Assembly (NCBI GenBank): GCA_964016885.1
Contig: OZ024741.1
Span: forward strand, 386,818,001 to 386,882,000
Origin: Eledone cirrhosa
Taxonomy: Eukaryota
DNA: 64,000 bases
Reading direction: 5' to 3'
How positions within the stretch are numbered: position 1 is the first letter of the stretch; each line of letters begins with the position of its first letter. Positions 58,131-64,000 of this stretch are shown here, piece after piece. A program made the translations under genes and the position numbers. The notes below the pieces were generated by a model. That model made no database searches. It was not told where the DNA came from and worked only from the letters and a program-made list of their open reading frames with translations.

Positions 58131-58916
58131 TAAACGGAAAAGAAAATGCTGACAAATTGTTCACAGTGAAAAATAGTTTAATTAGGAATAAGTGAGAATT
58201 AGTAATAGTATTGGTTAGTATTCAGTTTTGGTTTTAAGTTTTACCGGTTGCACATTTCTAATGCTTTTCAAAAATAATTTTGAGATAGAGCGTCCGTGAT
58301 GTTTGCTCTGATCTGATTAGTTTTGGAAATTCTACCTGTTTTTATGTGAAAAAGGCATTTTATGCATCAAAGGCATTTGAACTGTCAACAGGCTGCGGTT
58401 CGCACACACATCCCTGCTGACCATTATCACAACAACGAACCTCTTTACTACTACTACACACACACACACACATATTTGTTTTGAAAGACTTATTTTTCAG
58501 TGACTTCTCAATCAACCGACACAAATCTACATTTGGAGCAAAATCAACTTTTTACATTCACATGACCTCTACCGACCAATCAAAATTTTTTGACCACAAG
58601 AATTTTTGCAACACGAATTGGCGTGAAACTTATTTTAATACCTCTGGAGCCACTTTTTTCACATAAAAACAGGTATAATTTCCAAAACTAATCAGATCAG
58701 AGCAAACATCACGGACGCTCTATCTCAAAATTATTTTTGAAAAGCATTAGAAATGCGCAACTGGTAAAACTTAAAACCAAAACTGAATACTAACCAATAC
58801 TATTACTAATTCTCACTTATTCCTAATTAAACTATTTTTCACTGTGAACAATTTGTCAGCATTTTCTTTTCCGTTTACCAATATATCATAACTTGTGTGT
58901 TACACCTCTATTCTTT

Positions 58917-58920
<4 letters not shown>
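58122..58920 (+). mobile_element. Fold-back with ~232-bp arms and a ~300-bp spacer
   Basis: 58122-58353 versus 58655-58886, few mismatches; flanked by (TA)n. Confidence 0.9.
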
Positions 58921-58972
<52 letters not shown>

Positions 58973-58975
<3 letters not shown>

Positions 58976-59161
58976 TTGATGGGTGGGAGAAAAGAGCACT
59001 CAATACTAAAGTAGAGTTTTGATATTCATTTTATTAAAGCTAAATAGTGAGTGTTGTTACTCAGGAGTTTTGCCTGTTTATCACAGGGTCATCGATGACC
59101 CTGTGATAAACAGGCAAAACTCCTGAGTAACAACACTCACTATTTAGCTTTAATAAAATGA
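58973..59161 (-). mobile_element. Perfect loopless palindrome (68-bp arms, 59026-59161) + tail; same family as 2415-2494
   Basis: Centre TCATC|GATGA; arm GATGACCCTGT..AAACTCCTGAGTAACAACACTCACTATTTA..AATAAAATGA. Confidence 0.9.
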
Positions 59162-59809
59162 GAATATATATATATATATATACTTCTTCATTTATGTGTA
59201 TGTGTATACCTTTCTATATCCATACACGTTTGAATGTATATATATATATATATATATCTGCGTGTGTGTGTGTGTTTATATATGTGTGTGTATGTATGTG
59301 TGTAGGTATGTATATATGTGTGTGTGGACCATCAAAATACATAATAACAGGAAATTATCGTTTCTGACCAACATATTCATTTAAAAAATCAATGTTTTTT
59401 TCTTTTCTTTTTTTTTTCTTTTCTTTTCTTTCTCCTCCCTTTCTTGAAAGGAACACTAGAAATGTATAGAGGAATTTAATGGGGTAACATTTGTTGGGGA
59501 GGAGGAGGGGGAGGAGGGGGGTTGGACTGACTTGTGTTAGATTCACTAAGATCTTCAGACAGAGATGTTGTTAGTAATCAAGCATAGAAAATTAATTTTT
59601 TTTTTTTACTATTTAGTCAGAATGTGATGGGCATGCCTTTGACCATTTTGAGGTCCTTCAAGACTGTTAAAAGGGAAGAACATATTTTCAGATGAAAGAC
59701 CTGGGTTGAATCCTTTCAACAGAGTGGATGCTGCTAAAGACACCCAAGAGCCCGGTGGTGATGTTAAAGTGGGTGACTGATTAAGTCTATCATGCAAATA
59801 GACCACACC

Positions 59810-60040
59810 AGCATTTGAACTCAGAACACAAATAGCCAGGAACAAATGTCACATGGCATCACGTCCAACTTTCTAACAATCCCATTAATCCACCGCCCCG
59901 GAGTGGTACTTAATGTTAACAACTCCCAAAAGGATGAAAAACAAAGTTGACCTTGGCGGGATTTAAACTCAGAGCACAGAGACATGTAACAAATATTGCA
60001 AGACATTTTGTCTTATGTTCTAACAACTCTGCCAATCTGT
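59810..60040 (-). mobile_element. SINE family B copies
   Basis: Reverse complement of the family B motifs. Confidence 0.65.
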
Positions 60041-60419
60041 CACCTGATGTTACACAAATATATTTAATTTGGGAACAAAGATGTCCTTTAATCCTTTCAC
60101 TGCCAAAGTTCCTAAGTGTCATATGGTTTCTATATTCTGGTCCTGTGCAAAATTTGTAACAAAAAATATTCATCTTTTTTTTCAAAATATAACTTTGTGG
60201 CTGAAAGCTTTCTTTACGGCTTGGATCCACAGACCTACTTGTGATTATACAAGTCAGCATTTAATTGGCCACATTTCATTTCTCTCAAGTGAAGTGTTCT
60301 GCCTAAAATGTTAGGCTTCCACTCTTTCTCACAACAAAATAATTTATCCTACTTTGAAAACTGTATGTAATATATATGTATGTATATAACTATATATTAT
60401 ATACATATCCTCATCATCC

Positions 60420-61230
60420 TCATTACCTGCTAGCAGAGCAACAGACCTCTCAGATGGACTATGGGCCTCCATTTCACTTATATCGACATTCTACCAGGTG
60501 CTCGGGTGAGCCAGGCACTGGCATCTCATTTACAAATGTTACCATGCTCCTCTACTGAGTGCATTTTATCAAGACACCAACACTAGGGAGGTTGTCATGC
60601 CTTTGACACAGATGAAGAGTCCTCCTCACCCTTCGTTTGGCAGATTTTCTATGAATCAGTGCCCTTCCTATCACCAACCACATTACATATATACATATAT
60701 ATATATTATTATCATCATCGTTTAATGTCCATCTTTCATGCTAGCATGGGTTAGACGGTTTTGTTCCACTTGATGCAGGATTGGTCGGGAGACCGTGTCT
60801 CGTTCATACAGAACTGTCCCTAGTAGGTTTTCTATGGCTAGATGCCCTTCCTAACACCAACCACATTTACAGTGTGGACTGGGAGCTTTTTTACCGTATC
60901 TCCTACATGACCACTTTACGGTGTGGACTGGATCCATTTTCCCTGCTAGCAAGAGTTGGATGAGTTTTCACAGACCAAATCAGTACTGAAGCAGGGCTAC
61001 TGATGCTCCAGATAGGCTGAGACCCCACATCTCATTTACATACAGTCCTGTGCTCTACCTGATATTTTATCATACCTCAAACACTGGAGAGGTTGTCATG
61101 TCTTTGACACAACTGAAGAGTCCTCCCAACCCATTGTTTGGCAAGCTTTCTATGGCTGGATGCGCTTCCTATCAGCAACCACTTTACAGGGTGTACTGGG
61201 TGCATTTTCATATCACCAGTACCAAAGAGA
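60420..61230 (-). mobile_element. Cluster of RTE-tail short retroelements
   Basis: Repeated CTATGGCTGGATGCCCTTCCTA..CAACCAC motif and RTE tail. Confidence 0.6.
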
Positions 61231-62187
61231 TTGTCAGTTATTGTTCTGAAAAGCCCTTTCTTCTCTGTGAGAAGGGGGTTGAAGTAAGAAAGAAGATAGA
61301 TATGATGCTATAGATGTAAAGCAAATGTTGTGGGATTTGACAATGTAGGAGGGAAGGGGTGTCCTCCGATAGCACAGGAAGTGTAGTCACAGGTGTGTCA
61401 GAATATTTAGAAGAGAGGGTGTAGTAATAAGTATAGTATAGTGATAGGGGAGTGGAGGGGTGGTTGATAGCATCGTGGGGTACTCACCGATGTGTCAGGA
61501 TTTTGTGGGTGGGGTGTAGTGGTGGAGAAAACAGCTAAGAAATGGTAGTGGAGGGAACATGGATGGGATGGAGGTGTGCAGGGATGGTAAAGATAACTAC
61601 TATGGAGTGCTAGTGGATATATATATATATACTGCTGTACATTTAAAAATATTTAGACCTTCATTGAGGTTTAGTCTTCTTGATCACCTGATCAAGATTA
61701 TCAGACATTTACCATTTTCATGATCATATTTCTAATGAAATACACTCGATTTCAATTAATTAATTAATAATATGGAGGGATTTACTAAATTATTCATTAT
61801 TTCATTACTAATATTTGGTTCTTACATAAAATTATATTGTAAGATTTAAATAGGAATGCTTTAAAATGGGGGGTTTTGTTTCTTAGAACCAGAGCTGGTT
61901 TTAGCCAGGCTGGTATCTGAAGGGTTAAGTGAGAGAAGTGGGAGATAGAGAGAGAGATAGGGAGAGATAGGAAGAGAGAGAGGGAGAGATAGGAAGAGAG
62001 CGTGAGAGAGATAGTAAGAGAGCAAGAGAAAGAGAGAGAGAGAGCAAGTGATGGCAAGATGGGTAGGGTGATTGTTGGGGAGGGAGTAAGGTCATTTCTT
62101 ACTTAGTAGCGATTTATTCCTCTTTGCTCTCCTACTCTCTCTCTCTCTCTCTCTCTTTATCTATCTATCCCCCTCACCCTCTCTCTC

Positions 62188-62352
62188 TTAATGTATACTG
62201 AAGGAGGAGAGATTCTTCGCTGCTGTTTGTATCCCAGATCCTATTTTGGTATAGAGTTCCGCTTCCAGAAGCTTCTTATCAAAGTTGTTAGGATCGTAGT
62301 AGTGGCGCAGCTTGTCTCGCAGAAGCATGGAATGGTGAGCTGATGCACGGGC
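62188..62352 (-). CDS. Probable terminal coding exon of an unidentified host gene (ARASAHHSMLLRDKLRHYYDPNNFDKKLLEAELYTKIGSGIQTAAKNLSSFSIH*)
   Basis: Acceptor ATATTGCAG|GCC at 62353/62352; GC-balanced, non-repetitive, protein-like frame ending in TAA at 62188-62190; no transposon motif recognised. Confidence 0.65.
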   Translation of the reverse strand, partial: ARASAHHSMLLRDKLRHYYDPNNFDKKLLEAELYTKIGSGIQTAAKNLSSFSIH

Positions 62353-62392
62353 CTGCAATATAATGGACATGTCACTCAAGAAAGGACACCAA

Positions 62393-62890
62393 ACAGACAG
62401 ACAGATGGACAGACAGACAGACAGACATATGAACTGACATAAAGATGGATGGACAGATAGACAGACAGATGGACAGATGGACAGACAGATGGACAGATGG
62501 ACAGACAGATGGACAGACATAAAGATGGATGGACAGACAGACAGACAGATGGACAGACATAAAGATGGATGGACAGACAGACAGACAGATGGACAGATGG
62601 ACAGACAGATGGACAGACATAAAGATGGATGGACAGATAGACAGACAGACAGACAGACAGATGGACAGACAGATGGACAGACATAAAGATGGATGGACAG
62701 ATAGACAGACAGACAGACAGACAGATGGACAGACAGATGGACAGACATAAAGATGGATGGACAGACAGACAGACAGATGGACAGACAGATGGACAGACAG
62801 ATGGACAGACATAAAGATGGATGGACAGATAGACAGACAGACAGACAGACAGATGGACAGACAGATGGACAGACATAAAGATGGATGGAC

Positions 62891-62925
<35 letters not shown>

Positions 62926-63047
62926 TGGACAGACATAAAGATGGATGGACAGACAGACAGACAGATGGACAGACATAAAGATGGATGGACAGACAGACAG
63001 ACAGATGGACAGATGGACAGACAGATGGACAGACATAAAGATGGATG

Positions 63048-63085
<38 letters not shown>

Positions 63086-63311
63086 TGGACAGACATAAAG
63101 ATGGACAGACAGACAGACAGACAGACAGACAGATGGACAGACAGACAGATGGACAGACATAAAGATGGATGGACAGACAGACAGACAGACAGACAGATGG
63201 ACAGACATAAAGATGGACAGACAGACAGACAGACAGACAGACAGATGGACAGACATAAAGATGGATGGACAGACAGATAGACAGACAGACAGACAGACAT
63301 AAAGATGGATG

Positions 63312-63369
<58 letters not shown>

Positions 63370-63485
63370 TGGATGGACAGACAGATAGACAGACAGATGG
63401 ACAGACATAAAGATGGATGGACAGACAGACAGACAACAAACAGAAAGACGGATGGCTGGACGGGCAGATAGACAGACAGACAGAC
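62393..63485. repeat. Compound (GACA)n/(GATG)n satellite with GACATAAAGATGGATG units
   Basis: Direct reading; explains the long artefactual ORFs. Confidence 0.95.
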
Positions 63486-63534
63486 AAACAAACACATAGA
63501 CATACACATGGATTACATAATTAATATATAATTA

Positions 63535-63722
63535 TTTCTACTTTAGGCACAAGGCCAGCAATTATCCCAGTGCATTACTGGTACTTTATTTTATCAACCC
63601 CATAAGGATGAAAGGCAAAGTTAACCTCAGCGGGATTTGAACTCAGAACGTGAAGGGCCGTAACTCCTATGCTGCAAAGCATGCCGTCTGACCTTCTACT
63701 GATACTGCCAGTCCACCGCCAT
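63535..63722 (-). mobile_element. SINE family B
   Basis: Well-preserved reverse-complement copy. Confidence 0.85.
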
Positions 63723-63739
63723 ATAATTAATATATAATG

Positions 63740-64000
63740 ACATTGGAATATTTTCCAAGGATTCTTTGTGCATAAAGAATGAATAGTTAAGTGCAGGCTT
63801 AGTGAAGTAAGCTGAAAATATCTTTTAATTGATTGAAATTATAACCTTACTGACAGAAAATGTCATTAGCTTCAAAGAAAATTAATCTGAACAAGACAAC
63901 GGAAGAGAATTATATCAATTAGTTGTTCTAATGTCTTAATTGCTACGGGTAAACTATTTTTCACTGAAAAGGTATAATAAAACTGAAACATGTCTGCTAA
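63740..64000 (+). mobile_element. Decayed Penelope-like 3' end with HHR relic (63962-63996)
   Basis: KCRL..KYLLI..NL-like remnant; CA-CTGAAAA-GGT..ACT-GAAAC-AT-GTC-TG. Confidence 0.45.

Noticed and set aside
62353-63509. N-terminal ~385 aa of ORF 62188-63507
   Set aside because: Mostly GACA/GATG satellite upstream of a splice acceptor; intronic.

Overview
Eukaryotic, very AT-rich, microsatellite-saturated genomic DNA. The repeat families (tRNA-headed SINEs, RTE/CR1/R4-Dong/CRE LINE fragments, Penelope-like elements) and the (TA)n/(CA)n/(TACA)n density suggest an octopus-like cephalopod intronic/intergenic region (inference). Nearly all ORFs in the track are microsatellite artefacts. The only convincing host coding piece is a probable last exon on the minus strand (62188-62352). 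The most striking signal is a set of more than 10 fold-back (inverted-repeat) insertions, mostly in (TA)n tracts. Many carry type I hammerhead-ribozyme (HHR) cores, and four look catalytically plausible by eye: 2415-2464, 22148-22233, 30746-30802, and 54041-54083 with its mirror copy at 53885-53927. One fold-back family occurs four times with an identical inversion junction in the two complete copies and arm-to-arm covariation, which suggests a non-autonomous palindromic Penelope-derived element. A decayed, 5'-truncated Penelope-like element (RT + GIY-YIG + HHR relic) at 8950-10798 is a candidate for the type of mobilising partner. All structures were read by eye; no folding software or database search was run.
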